Origin: Dipteris shenzhenensis
Lineage: Eukaryota
Length of the DNA: 64,000 nt
NCBI GenBank assembly: GCA_047967505.1
Contig: CM106538.1
Direction: 5' to 3' (one strand)
This document shows, piece after piece, positions 50,085 through 64,000 of the stretch (the first letter of the stretch is position 1; every line of letters starts with the position of its first letter). The notes beneath the pieces were generated by a model, which made no database searches, was not told where the DNA came from, and saw nothing but the letters and a program-made list of their open reading frames with translations. A program made the position numbers and the translations under genes.

Positions 50085-51066
50085 ATGGATGGTTTGCCGC
50101 TGCTCGTTTCTTGCCAGCAGCAGCAGCCCCCCTTTCTTGCCTTCCCCCGCTCCACCTCCCTGCTCCCCCCCTCTTTTCTCAGAAATGCTTTCCCTCCTTT
50201 CTCGACCACCTTTTCCTCCCCTCTTCCCTCCCGACCCCTCCCCAAGCTCCTTTCCGCCTCTTCCAATCCCCCTCCCCCCGAGGACTCCTTGCCCATCCCC
50301 GGTTGCCTTACCTTCAGACGTAGCTCTACACAGACCCATTTTGAGTTCCTCACCGACCTCCATACCCTCGGGCTCCGCAAGTTGTCCTCTGAGTTGTCCA
50401 CGTCCTTGGCCCTTTCCATGGGAATCAAAACTGACACGCCGGAGATGGCTAGCACACCCGTAGCTGTGTCGATAGATGTCACCAAGGAAGGTAGGGACCT
50501 CAGACTCGAGGGCATCGTGAAGACTGCCATGGCTGTACGATGCAGCAGGTAAGGGTGAAGTATTGCGTCACTTTGCTTCCATTTGCACGGTAATCGTCTA
50601 GAGCCAGAGCCAGATTTGCTAATCATCGTACTTGTCGATATGAAGATGCAAAACGCCAGCTGCAGAGCGAGTAATCGCAGACTTTAGTCTTCTGCTCACC
50701 GACCAGCCAGTTCTCGAACCTACAAAGCAATGTATAGGCGTGGTGCTGGGAGGGGGTCCACGAATGCCAGATGAAGGTGAAGAGGGAGACGAGATATTGG
50801 ATTTGGATCTGGATGACAAGCTCCATTTTCCAAAGACTCAGAAAACGATAGATCTGTCTAAATATATTCGAGACACTGTACACCTTGAGATTCCCCTGCA
50901 GCCTTTATGCGGCTTAAGCTGCCGTGGAATATGTGTTCAATGTGGTACGAATCTTAACTTAAACGCTTGTAAGTGCCAAGGAATGACCGAGAAGGAAAAG
51001 AAGCGTGCAGTATGGGGTCCACTGGATCAACTTAAAAAGCAACTCGAGGAGGAAAGGAAAAGCTAG
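50085..51066 (+). CDS. DUF177/YceD family plastid 23S rRNA accumulation protein; exons 50085-50548 (in-frame ATG also at 50043), 50646-51066
   Basis: S/P-rich transit-like N-terminus; CSR|C split by a phase-2 intron; IDLSKYIRD, LC...CRGICVQCGTNLN...C.C, WGPL motifs. Confidence 0.92.
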
Positions 51067-53799
51067 CACCCGAACAAGAGCCGCTGCAGGTATGCTTTAC
51101 GGGTGGATCTCAAGTCCGAATTTCCAGGCATTTGCAGATACACTGTACGTAACAGCAAGCACTTAAAGTGAGCACAGACTAGGTTTTCAACAGGGGGCTA
51201 CGTCGAGCTTGGAAAACAAGTTACGAAATCGATGCACTGTCTGATGGGTTTTGAGGAGCTTGAAGATGTGCTTCGAGTTGTGTTGTTCCAATCTCATTTG
51301 CTCCATTAAAAAGGGAGAGAAAGAGAGGTTTTCATATTCTAAAGAATGGGTTTAAAAGGCAACTGTAATGTATTCCTTCGGTGTCACTTTACAATCTTGT
51401 CGCTTCAAGCTCTTGTGACAGTTTACAATGGGCAGTCGGCTTTGCAGTATATGAAGGAATTAACTTTGATTCTGAAGAAGGGGCAGAAACTTCATTGGAA
51501 GAGATTGCTTTTGGAACTTGGGATACATCAAAGAGTTGTTATGCTCTTTAGTATAGCTACTGCTCGTTGCCAATCTACATGATTCTTGTGCATCTCTTGT
51601 CCTTTTATCATTGTGTAGCTTAAGAGTGAGGCTTTGGTCAGAAGGATTCAAAAAATGTCTAGCTCACTTGGGAGAGGCAATAAGGAAAGACTAAGAAAGC
51701 GCAGACATCTCACAACATACCACCTCACACTCTGAAAAGAATTCGCATTGCATATCCGAGCAGGCCAGATTTACTTGCTGTATCTGAATTTTTTGTCCAT
51801 GTTGCAGCAGCTTGTTGATATTGCAATAAATTCTATCATAAGTGGTTCATTGCCCTATGAGGTAGATTGTCTAAGCTCGCTTGGGAGAGACTCAAATGAT
51901 ATAGTTTTCACAAGTAGTTGTAGGTTGAATGAAGAGAATTTATGAGCCTTCTCCTGAGTGCCAGCCTTTGGCATGGCCGAGTCTGCCGTTCACCTCCAGA
52001 GTTGCCGAGACAAACTCAGTACGAAGATGGAATGCCATAGTAGCTAGTCCTTGCTATGTGATGGAGTTTATGGTTTTCAATGTTGTTGACTGTCATGAGA
52101 TTGAAATTGCACTGTGTGTTGTGCTTTCAGAGGATGAGTTTGGGCATGTTCTAGATATATATAAGCGAAGAGGTCCAGGATACAAGAATACAGCTGAGAG
52201 ATGCTCCATGGGATTGAACCCAGGGAATGAGAAAAAAAGCTGATAGCTACTGCTAGCTGATGCTGTAAGGACGGACTCATGCCCAGCTCTGTCCTGGCTG
52301 ACTATTGAACGGCTATATTCATTTCTACTACTGTGGCCTGCTTGAGGTTGGGGCCTTCTAGGCCTGCTGTTGCCATGTAGCCTGCTCAGCTGCTATCTGT
52401 CACTTGTGTAGCTTCTTGCGTGGTAATCCCCATGTCTGCTGCTGGTTGGCTGCTTGCATGGCAGCTGTTGACTGCCCTCTGTCCATGACTGGTTGCTCTG
52501 CTATGCCAATCCTAGGAGATATGCCAGGTCATCCATGAGATGATGCACCTAACATCCCGTTCTGCTGAAATTGGAAGCAGTCCAGGTCGATGAAACCTCC
52601 TTGGTAAGCCCAATGCCAAACTCTAAATTGTTTTGAATAAGCTTCACTATAGTCGATACTGATTAACAGTTGGACTGCTACATCTGTAGCATCTGGCAAG
52701 GAACCTAACCTCTTAGATTTCTTGGACTCCTTGATCCTCTTGATTGTCCTGGGCCTGATAAAGATTGCAATCTGCTGCAACTGGAATTGGCAGTGAAACT
52801 AGCTCTACTGTCACTTGGGAAACTAGTGTGACCATATTTCATGCTGGTTCAACTCGGGATCCATAAATGCCAGCCGTTTATTGTATGAAAGGTACTTCTG
52901 TTTGGTCATGACATACCAGCTCCTAACTTATTGTGAGAGCTTGGGAACCATCCTAAGAACTTTCTAGGTCCGCAAAAGCAAGGGGCCCCCCAGTTCACTA
53001 CTGCATTGTGATCTGAGAGTCGTGCTGTTTTCAACAGGACATAGGGGTCTCATTGTTTTATTGGCCCCTTAGCTTTCATTGTGTCTTGGTATTTTTCAGT
53101 CTCATAGACCCTTTATCTTTCATAGACCTCAATAGATTTTCTTCCCAAGGTGGTGACGATGAATGTTGTTTGCATCCACACAAGCGCTAATTGGTTGCTG
53201 GGTGTGATCTCAGTGCTGTGCAACTTGAGTACACTCTCAGTCTACTTGGTCAGCAAATCAGCTTTTTTCACCAGATACTACTGATCAAATCTTTAGTTTT
53301 CTCTCTTGAACAGAATGAACACTGTACTGCAATCTGTCCATACATGACGATGTCTTCGACGTGACCATGATATTTTTCTCTCTGATGTCTTATCAAGAAC
53401 TGAAATTCACTATTTAGTGAGTGCTAAACATAAACAGGGTCGTGAGAAGTAGAGGGCAGATGAAGGCAGGGCGGGGCACGATGTTGACTTAAAACATTCA
53501 AGATAAAAGAATGTTGCTGTACATACATGCAGGAATGGTGGTCAACAGAGTTGAAGAGAAAATTCACATTTTGGATGTGCGGACTAATGTTTGGGTGATT
53601 GCTTGTTATAGCCCTTCCTACTTCCAAAAGCTTAACTGGAGAGAGAAGATTCATAACCTTTGATAGAGACACTTAGAGCATAGGAGACGTCTCTAGCATT
53701 ATTTGTATTGCGTGCTTGAGTTTAGACGCATGTAGAATACATCAAGGTCATTGTGCCATTTGTGGCTTGTGATTGGCATCCTTGTTAATATTACTTTAA

Positions 53800-54620
53800 A
53801 GATAATGAAAATCCGTCAAGCTAATACTGTCATGGAAAACCAATTTGTTGCTTGGCTTTCTCTTTGACAAGTCCTATCCTGATTAAGGGATAATACAAAA
53901 GCAATTCGTAAAACCCAAAAACATTTCACCAAACCTTTTCTCAGATTTTGAGTGTTGAAGACCACATCTATTGCATCTAGATTTGAGACATAATTATCAT
54001 CTTGCTCCCAAAGAACTTCAAAAGGATTAGGGTACGTTTGCATACTCCTCTTCTCACCTTCACTATCCTCGTCCACTCCTTGTTTACCAGGGCTATCCCC
54101 CAAATTCTTTGGATGCATCTCTACATTGTCCTTCCTTTATAGACTCTTACTGGCACTTGCATATCTTCTTATATCTTAGGAATGATCTTTGTCATCATCT
54201 CTTCCTTAGCATACCCTATGTGGCCCCTAGCATTCTTGCAACTTGCCCTTCAATCTTAGGTAAAATGCATGCCCATGCCAGACGAAAGACATGAATTTGG
54301 AATATATTTATAAAAAATTTATGGTTGCTTCTCTTCTAACACTAAGGCTTCTGGCGATTCAATAGCCAGGTCCATCATTATGCAAGCTTGTAGGGCTAAT
54401 GAAACGCTCCTATTCATTCCCTAGAAATTGGCCTAGAAGGGCACATAAAGCTTGTAATTGGGAAAAGAAGCTAATGGGAGGTTTGGGAGTTACACCAATA
54501 TGGGAGTTAGTCGGTAAGAGCATGTCGAGACTGAAATTGGCATCCCACATTTGCACCAAAGGTGGTTGATTTTGTATTGTCCAAATTTTAATTCTCAGTA
54601 TGGTCTTCTCCATTTTTTAT
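53800..54620 (-). mobile_element. Possible decayed LINE ORF1 fragment
   Basis: Broken minus ORFs with PLVQMWD...LLGQFLG and NPFEVL, typical of plant L1 ORF1. Confidence 0.4.
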
Positions 54621-55621
54621 TTTTCTAAAAGAAAAACAATAAAAGAGCCTTATATTCACTACATTTAGCCCGTTTGCACAAGTCTAATAAAGGTGCTTCC
54701 AAATGGAATAAACTTTAGAATTTGATGTTTTTTCTTAATCTAATACAAAAATAAAATTCTTGGAATTCAAGGTGTCTTGTCTCGATGCTGCATTTTAGGT
54801 GATATGTCAATGGTAGATGAAGGAATGTAAACTTGGGATGAAATAAAAGGGAATAATTTTCAATTTTCTACCCTTTTCAAGGTGGAAAGATTAGAAATTG
54901 CATTTTTTATGTTTATGTAATAACTCATAAGTTGACATAAGGACATCTAGGGCAATTTTATCAAAAAATTTACTCTTCACATGCATTTATTAGTTTATAA
55001 TGCATTTGTTGGTTTCCTAAGTTGATTGTTACTAAGAGTAGTTCTTTCATGCTATTAGAAAAGGGGATTACAAAAGATTTCATGGGGTTTTGGTGTGATT
55101 GTGTTTTGAAGCTTAAAGGGTGTGATTGCTCTACTTGTTGATTGGGTATAATTTTGGGTATATTTGTCAGATTGCTTTGCTTTCTAAGAGGAAACTGTGT
55201 AGAATTGCATTTTATCGGATGTGGTTAGATTAATTTGCTACACCCTACTACAAGGGGCCGCTGACTACAATCGCAGGCAGCAAGATACATCCCACAAGAT
55301 TTGAATGTGAGCTGGCGAGGGGCCGCGGCCTACAATCTCTGGCAACAAGATACACCCCACAAGATTTGAACATGGGCAGCCAAATAAGGTGTTGAAAGCC
55401 GCAAGAGGCCCCACAGCGGGAATGCTACACCTCTTAGGGTGTATACATACTTGCGCAACATGGACATTGCCCAAGGATCATGGACGGGCAAGATTGGCCG
55501 CCCATGTCCAGCCCACGGCTCAGATGCATTCAATGCACGAGTGACGGGCAGGGGCGGCTCTAGTCTGTAAACACCCTTACCTGCAAATGACGGAGTTGGA
55601 ACGCGTGTAAACGAAACCAAA

Positions 55622-58600
55622 ATGAGGGCTCTCATACAACGTGTTCTATCAGCTTGTGTACAAGTAAAGATTGTTTGTATTTGATTCGTAGAAGCTCGCA
55701 TATCGCCTTCAACCTTCTTCAATCCATCGTTGTTTTTCCCAGGTCGATCATCAGATCGTGGCCGAAATCGGGCCTGGCTTGCTTGTGCTCATCGGCTTCC
55801 TCGACTCCGATACCGACGCTGATGCTGAATCCATGTGCGCACCCTCGATTTGATGCCTGCCTTTATTAGCGCCGATTATTATATCAATCGACTCTCAATT
55901 TTTTTGGGGTGAAATTTGACTATGATTTTGCTTCAATGCGTTGTAGATGTCGGAAGGTTTTGCAGTTGCAAATCTTCGAAAATGCGGAGGCGGGAAACCC
56001 CACGCTTCAAAATGTAAGCCGATGTCGCATTTTGACGGGCGGAATTCATCAGCCGTTTCTTTGCTCCTGATTTGTCATTCTTAGTCTACATGGTTGCTAC
56101 AGGTCGTGGAGAAGAATTACGAGCTGTTGTTAGGTTTGGCCTCCTCGTTGTCTCTTGTACTCTTTTTACATCTGATACTTACAGAGAGCTGATTTCGAAC
56201 TCTGTTTCAGTGAAGCTACGGCCTTTGTTCTGATCATGGTTTGTGAATTTGCAGTGAGCCAGTTCACATTATATGGAGTTTTTAAAGGCAATCGACCAGA
56301 TTTCCATAGCGCAATGGCATGTCATCTAGCCAAACCGTTCTATCAAGCTCTTGTGGAAAAGTTCCGTCGTGCGTACAGCACGGATAGGATAAAAGGTACG
56401 TAGAATATACGTAAGACATCCTCATAGAAGTGGTAGCCTTGATTCGGCTCATCCAGAGTTATTGCTGTCTAAATAGTAGTGTTTGAAACAAGAAGACACT
56501 TTCTTACACTGGCCTATTGATTAACATGTCTGAAAATTTTAAATATAGAGTGGATTTGTTCAAAAAAGGGAGGTGAAGTGATTGGAAATTTCATGCTTGC
56601 AATACCTTTTCCTTTCAAAAACAAACACAACTCCTGCACGGGGCAAAAGATTCTACTCTTTTGAAATTGGAACACAGATAGCAGGACAGCTGGTTAATGT
56701 GCAAGCTATGTGGAATAAGAAACAAAGCCCTTAAGGCACAGATGAAGCTGTTTTTTCTGCTCCTGAATGGGAAAGGCTAGATATTTCATTCTTCTTCTTC
56801 AGTCATCTATATGCTGTGCTCCAGGCCTCTCTTTGGACCTATGTGCCTCTATGTCTACATCTGCTGCACATATGCCTGTTTTTCGTTTCTGCTCGTCTCT
56901 GCCTATATGTGTCCTGGTATGTGTCCTAGAGTAAAGCTACAACGTGAACTGAGTGCAGGGCCACCGTCAAGATTGGCAAAAATGAGCTGGAACCTCCTTA
57001 CACCTTTGCAGCTTTCTATCATGGTGGTTAAGCTGTAGATGCCATCATGAAAGGCACCTAGGAGTCCTTATTTTGGGTAGCTACTCTCTTGGGTGAAGAC
57101 GGTAAGCTTTGCTAGTAGAGGTTTCAGCTGCTGCTTTTCCTAGCTGTTAGTTAGGAAACCCCCTTACCCTTTACTGCGATGCCTGACCTGACTCAAGAAG
57201 ATGGGTCCTGCTTTGTAATCAAGGCCCACGCCTGGCAGTTTATCTATGTTTTCGTCCTTTCACGGACATTTCTATTCAGTGTTTTGGTTGCTATATCTTG
57301 CTGTCTACTTCAGATCCGAGCGTGGTATTTATGTACAGGTATTTGTCCACATCCAAAGTAGGATCTAGAGTTCTCACGTGTGATCTCATGAATGATTTCT
57401 TTCCTTAGCATTGAGGAGACCACCATACTTACTATCTGTTGGGGCTGTGCTGTCTGGTATGCGAGAGTCTTTGGCTCTTGAATCCTTGCTACAGTTCTGG
57501 GCGAGTTTGTATGTTGTGTCATAGGCTTTTGGTCGGAAACTGATATACAACTAAACATCTGATCAGAGGCTGTGGAGGAACTTGGTGAGCCTGTTCTTCT
57601 TGTCCTTTTGGAGGAGAGTCATGGAGACTGCAGTTGTGCTTCCATTCCCTACTCCCTCACAACCTCAGGGAATAAATAGTTTTTAAGTTCTGATATCAAA
57701 TGAGAGAGATAAACCCTTTGAATATGCGTTATCACATATGCATAATTGATACACAGTGGAAGACTTGGGTTATGCTAATTATCAACTTTATTCCTTGGCA
57801 ATCACCAAGAGCTCAAAGAATACAAGTGTCACTGTTGCTCACTGTAATCAAACCTAGGTTGTTCTTTTCGACAAAAAAGCCAAGTCTCTGTTTCCTGACC
57901 TTTTTCGTTTTCTGTTGCTTCTGCAAGTCCAACTGATGCACTGTTGTTCAAATCTGCATGCATATGTTCCACATTTGCTAGATTCTCTTTGCACAATCTA
58001 GTTCTCCACATGGTTGAGACTGATCTGCTGCAGGCCTGTATGGCAGCCCTTGTAGCTGCTCTGACATGCCTTGACTTGGTTGAAGTATAGGAATGCCCAT
58101 GACATCATTACATGCATGCTACGCGTGTGATACAGTCATAACAGTTCAATCACGTTCCCACTTAGAGAGAGAATCCTGCAGGCTAGTGAGAGAATAGCTC
58201 AGCTCACGTGCGTGTTCTGGTTACCATTTCCCTATATCATATATGTTTGAAAGCCCTAAGAGATGCTCAAGCTTCTCAAAGGCTTACCCATGCAGCGGAA
58301 ATATAACCAGAATCACTGACGCTCAGGATTATATCAATAAAAGACGTGTGAACAGAGGTAATGCAACCGTAAATACTCACAGATCTAGAGGATGTCTCAG
58401 CATATAGGCAGAATAACAATCATGTATTTGAAGCTCCACAAATGTGGGCAATAGCAACTACAAACTGTCACAATACACCCCTCAAATGGTACCTCGCATT
58501 TGCAGCTAGTGTGCTGCTAGATGTGTACCACAGATGGGTGATTCTCTCTCCAATTCCTGCTGTAGTTTGCTTCAATAAGAACATAGTTGCAAAATCTGTC

Positions 58601-59892
58601 CATTTTATGGATCTTTGCACAAAGGCCTCCTGTTTACTCTTGGGACTAGGCTACTTAGCTGAAGAAAGAACTAGAAATCAAGGAGCCATCCAGCTACATC
58701 CAGTACTGGATGTATGCATTTGACAGGTAAATGCCTGATGGAATATTTTGAGCCGCAATGAGGGACGTCCTGTAGCTATTGACATAATAGCAAGAAAGGA
58801 AATAGACTGAGGAATGAATTGCAAAAGGAGAGAAAACTTATAACAGGGTTGCAAGGAGGGCAAAATGGGGAAAGCAGATGAGGGCATGAGGAGGGGGATG
58901 AGCGTGGATAAAGCAGGGTTGTACAGGCTATAGGTGAGAGAACACATCCAAGGTGAAAGAAATTTGCTGTACATTCACACCAAGCTTAATTTTACCACTA
59001 TTACCTCTTTGAAGTGGAGGGACATCTCTTTGGAGTGAGGAACGTTAATAATTGGTCATTTTTCCCCATATATGAATTGGGTCTGTGGCGGATTAAGTTA
59101 TGCATAGGTGTCATACTCCTTGTATGGCTGCATAGACTTGGGTATGGGAAAATGTAAGGCCAAGCTCTTAAGAATTTCATCAAAGTTCATTTTATTCACT
59201 GTCATACCAGCAGCCATGCTCACTAAGAGCACGAATTCAGTGTCCTAAGCAGGCTGCAACAGAGGAAACAGAATTATACTGGCCAAGTTAGGCCTTAGTG
59301 AGACTACTTATGAATCTGAATTGGTGTCCTAACCCTGCTTACACTTTTTGGTCCCAGTGGTTAGCCTGAGTATATTTATGGCCATCAGTGTCTACCTTTA
59401 AAGTTTTGAGTGGGCTGTAGGGTCACAGTAAAAGAAATTGCTTCAGTCTAACACTGAAGGAAAAACATCAAACAATATTATGGAAGCTAAATTTAATCTG
59501 TATCTTCTATGCCCCGTCAGAGTGCTCCTTACACATTTGATTACTTAGGTGTGATCAACTTTTAAGTTGTGTGGCTTTTTAAAGCGATGCATATCTGAAA
59601 ACAAATAATTTGCAGATTGACCAAATTTCTGTTGGCTATGTTTAATCGCAGACGGTGTTTTTGGAATCAAGAGGCAGGTCAGTATCTGTAACCTTCTACA
59701 TACGCAGCTTTCCTGTTTTATGAGACTTCTATTCTATTCTACTTTCCATTATATGTGCTGTGCAGGCTGAGTTTCATTGTTTTTTTCTAATCGATTGCAT
59801 CACATCATGAAATGAATTTGCAGATCTGCTTAGTAAACAATGGTCCTGTAGCAATTCAGTTGGATTCAAGCACTAATGATGATGATGCTTGA
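55622..59892 (+). CDS. DTD1: D-aminoacyl-tRNA deacylase (DTD1-type), 155 aa; exons 55622-55663, 55743-55834, 55947-56013, 56103-56133, 56255-56395, 59652-59677, 59824-59892
   Basis: MRALIQRV, GLLVLIG, VSQFTLYG..KGNRPDFH, DGVFG, NNGPV; all introns GT-AG and in phase. Confidence 0.93.
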
Positions 59893-60131
59893 TGCAGAAT
59901 TCATCACTCGTAGTATTTGCTTGTGTAAAACCCAAATGACTACTAATGTACTGATGAGTTCCCTTCCTCTCCCTTGTCTCTCCCTCATATTATTATAGTC
60001 TTGCGAAGGTGGAGCTATATGTTTTTGTGCCAGTTGCATTGCAATTATATATCCTCACCTACCTTGTTGATTAGTAGCATTAAAGCCAGTAAATTGGGGT
60101 GAGTGTGTTTCCAACTATCATGAACTTGCAG

Positions 60132-60200
60132 ATCTGTTTAGTAAACAATGGTCCTGTAGCAATTCAGTTGGATTCGAGCACTAATGATGACGATGCTTGA
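60132..60200 (+). other. Duplicated DTD terminal exon with intact acceptor (unit ~59802-60114 repeated at ~60115-60488)
   Basis: ttgcag|ATCTGTTTAGTAAAC...GCTTGA encodes the same 22 residues as 59824-59892. Confidence 0.9.
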
Positions 60201-60968
60201 TGCAGAATAACTTACTAATCATCACTCATAGTATGTGCTTGTGTAAAACCCAAATGACTACTAATGTACTGATTAGAACATAAGCGTAGCTTTGCTTCCA
60301 AGGTATTTTTTCTCTTGTACTTTCGCCTTCCATCTCATGCCTCTTCTCAACTCCTGCTTCCCTTCCTCTCCCTTGTCCCTTTCTCACATATTATTATACT
60401 CTGGCGAAGGTTTATATATATTGTTTTGTGCCACTTGCATTGCAATTATATTTCCTTGTTGATTAGTAGCGAGTGAGCGTGTTTCCAAACCCTTTTGTTG
60501 GGACTTGTTGAGTCTTCTCATGCTAGTTTTTTATGACCATTCTGATATTGTTTTGGTTCAGGTATTCATCCTCATCAGTATCAAACTTGTCAATCATATT
60601 AATGCGTGATGACGATGTGGTTCAATTATGGATAAATATATAGTCACAATAAGGAACCATATCGCAAGCATAATACCTCAAGAATAATACCCGTTTGAAG
60701 ATTGAATAATCTGCATGTGGTAGGCTTATTTGATGTTGATATGGTTCAAATTATGGATAAATATGTATTGTCACAATAAGAAACCCTATCGCAAGAAGTT
60801 ACTCTTATTGAACTAAATTTTAGGGCACTAGAGTCGAGATTTGATATGTCACTTAGAACTTGAAATTGGATGCTTGAAACATATTACTAAATCGTAAATC
60901 AGAAAATTAACAACACATCATTGTAGATTCAAGCATCAATGGTCATATTTCAAATTGAAAAAGATACA

Positions 60969-61585
60969 TGGAATGATGAATCGTGGTTTATGTCTGTGGT
61001 GCACTTGGACGGGCTAAAGAAAAATGTACGGGCTGAAGGCCGTAATCAGTATACGGGCAGCAATTTGAGACTTACTGGTGGCAAAAATGCAATCCGACAC
61101 CAGATTTTCCAAAATTAGGGCAAATTGGGATTTTTTAAACATTTTGGGTTTTTTGGGGGTCCCGAAAAAGTGGAGTTGATGCGCAAAGCTAAACCACTGA
61201 CTAATAGTGAACAGTTGGCACGATTTTGGGGCCAAGTTTTGTGGCGCAACTGGATGCTTTGATATCTTGTTGATGTGGAATGATGAATCGTGGTTTATGT
61301 CTGTGGTGCACTTGGACGGGCTAAAGAAAAATGTACGGGCTGAAGGCCGATTTCAGTATACGGGCAGCAATTTGAGACTTACTGGTGGCAAAAATGCAAT
61401 CCGACACCAGATTTTCCAAAATTAGGGCAAATTGGGATTTTTTAAACATTTTGGGTTTTTTGGGGGTCCCGAAAAAGTGGAGTTGATGCGCAAAGCTAAA
61501 CCACTGACTAATAGTGAACAGTTGGCACGATTTTGGGGCCAAGTTTTGTGGCGCAACTGGATGCTTTGATATCTTGTTGATGTGG
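60969..61585. repeat. 307-bp near-perfect tandem duplication
   Basis: Units start at 60969 and 61276; the visible difference is gtaat versus gattt. Confidence 0.95.
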
Positions 61586-61619
61586 CAGCACCTCTAAATG
61601 AACAACTCAACAAAGTTCC

Positions 61620-62920
61620 AACAGTCTGGTCTGGAAGCATGTGACCTAGCCTTTGATCACCTTAGTTAATGTTGGTGAGTGCCCCCGTAGTCCAACCACC
61701 GGACTGGACACTTCCTTTCCATGTTTTCGTTGATGCCTTTGATATCGCAATTGGTAGTGTGTTAATGCTATTGGCTATGTGTCAATGCAGGAACAAAGGC
61801 AAAATGGTATTGGCCTGTGTACTATGCCAGTCAAAAAGATTGTCCTAGGCCAAGAAGAACTATTGCACCATGCAAAGAAGGCCTTTGGCATGATCTATTT
61901 GGTTAACGAATTCTACTACTACTTTCTCGGCAACAAATTTGAATTCCTTGTGGACCATTTAGCCTTTGTTGTACATGGTGAACAACTTTTTGGTATTGGA
62001 TGTTGCTTCTACAAGAATTTAATTTTATTGTTATGCATACACCAGGTTCTACGCATGCCATTGCAGACTACCTATCCCATGTGGGAACGGTGAAACGACG
62101 GACCTATTTTTTGGATGATTTCCTTGATGTAGACCTATTTGAAGTCAAAGCGAAAGTTCCATCCTTTTGTTTTGACATTGAATGATGATCTTGGAGATAG
62201 TCATCCTTGGCGATCATCTATCTTGAGACTGACGCAAGTAGCTAGCCTTGCAAAGTCAAAAAGTCTGTGCTCCCACACGAGATGAAAGTAGCATTGCGCG
62301 AAGCCTATTAGGGACTAGCTAATACACATTTTTCCATAAATGTAAAGGACGAAAGGTTTTACAAGCTTTTTTGGTGGCAGAAGATGCCTACAAATATACT
62401 CGGCAATGTGATGCTTGCCAATGGTTAGGTAGCCAACCATTCGACACCGGATGTCGCACAACCCAATTCTAGCCATTGAGCTATTCCAGGAATGGAGCCT
62501 TGACTTCATTAGCCCATTCAAACTAGCAGCCCAACGTACCGAAGATCGATACACGTTGTGGCTACCAACGACTGTATTAATTGGGTTGAAGCGCAGGCTA
62601 TGTGCAATAATTCTGTTGCGTACGTGGGGAAACATTTCTTTATGAAATGATCATGACCAAGTGCGCATGTCCGACTCAATTGATCAGTGAGATAAGGGCG
62701 GGCTTTTTTTGTATTAAATAATGCAGGAGCTTGTTACTGGCCACATGATTATTTACAAGAAGTCGACGGTGTACTACTCATAGCCAATAGACAGGCAGAG
62801 TCTTTGAATAAGCTCCTATAGAACATAATGAAGAAGCTGGTCAATGAGAATAGAATTGATTGGGATGAAAAGATTTGCTCCCTCTTATGGGCTTTCTAAA
62901 TAGCATACAAGGTAGCAACC
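61620..62920 (+). mobile_element. Decayed Ty3/gypsy RNase H-integrase fragment
   Basis: APVVQPPDWTLPFHVFVDA, LLLQEFNF, FQEWSLDFISP and YY...NRQAE remnants with many stops. Confidence 0.85.
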
Positions 62921-64000
62921 GGAGGAGATTATTGTACACACAAAATCAAAAGTCCAATTGATGTTAGTGGCAATTCCCTTCGCACCATTGACCACTTATG
63001 AAGTGGCACCTTTTAACCCGCAACCTCAATGCTCGGACCTTCCAAAGTGGCCAAGCTTGAAAGTGCCCAGTACTCATTAGATTTCTACACACCGAGACAG
63101 AGCATCGTGCTGAGGTTCAGAAGGTTAAAGCTGACATCGCATGCTTCATTTTCTTGCTAACTATAGCAATCTGGAGGATGATGCAATAAAAGAACAATGG
63201 GAAGTAGCTCATAGACAATCTCATAGCACTGCACTAGGACAGCTGTCGCGGGCAGAACACCTTAGGGCGTTGGATGGAAAATACAATGGTAAACAGTGGA
63301 AAGCCAATCCGAACAAAGTCTTTAGAAGCGCAACTCCACGCTTATGTGCAACCGCTAACTACCTCCCAAATGTCCATCATTGGAACGTTTACGGAGCTGT
63401 CGAACATCGTCTGGCAGGATCTAATGGAGACATGGGAGGACCATGTGGAAAGGCTATGGTTAATACTCCAACTCGGGTGCAAGAAGCTGGCGATACTCGA
63501 GGCGACCTAGATGCAAATATGGGAAGTCTAGCACTACCGAATAAAACTAGACTATTGCCATGAGCCAATGCATCAAGCAGTTTGGAAGTCAAGCTACCAA
63601 AGGCAAAGGCCATGGACAAGCAACCAATTGGGGATCAAGTGTTGGGAAAATCGTTTGGCGAGCTTTGTGTTGTGAGCTTTTAGAGCACTCCTAGAATTTT
63701 GGTGAGCTTTTTCAATCGAACCATATAAACTCAAGACTCATGTACCCCACTCGCATCATGAACATGTCCTTCAGATCCATCAACCACCAACTCAAAGCAA
63801 TCTTAATCCAACATGTAAATGTGTTTCCAACAACTGAGTAAGATGTCTGATGTTCATGGATACCCCAATAAGATGACTAGAAAATTAAGAGCAAATAGAT
63901 CAAGTATATTCTTTATCAAGAAACTTTAAACAATGAACTCATTGAATATCCTTATTCCATATCCACATCTAGATCATCTTGTTGAATTATGTGACCTTGC

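Noticed and set aside
51100-53700. Short ORFs downstream of DUF177
   Set aside because: No recognisable domain or consistent exon chain; probably UTR, intron or intergenic sequence.
63141-63563. 140-aa ORF near the window end
   Set aside because: No recognisable motif; it adjoins decayed gypsy sequence and is probably TE-derived.

Overview
This is eukaryotic land-plant genomic DNA (GT-AG introns, plastid-type DUF177 gene, dense LTR retrotransposons); the TE types suggest a fern-like genome, which is inference. 1-36 kb is mostly TE-derived: the 5' end of a Ty1/copia element, a decayed Ty3/gypsy element, a young full-length Tat-like Ty3/gypsy element (two ~1.9-kb LTRs, extra archaeal-type RNase H) interrupted by a ~1-kb non-autonomous MULE-like element, plus LINE fragments and microsatellites. 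50-60 kb holds two host genes, DUF177/YceD and D-aminoacyl-tRNA deacylase. The main find is a 12.8-kb DNA transposon (36229-49028) bounded by 32-bp terminal inverted repeats. It encodes an intact 4-exon, 813-aa transposase with a RAG1/Transib-type DDE + C2H2 zinc core. It also carries three spliced cargo genes: a histone H3-fold protein (K9 replaced by Q) fused to a Ulp1/SENP-type cysteine protease, a BAH-domain protein with a possible C-terminal ubiquitin-like fold, and an unknown acidic protein. Six ~73-nt hairpin repeats sit in the introns flanking the central divergent promoter. All gene models and family assignments were made by eye; no database search was run.
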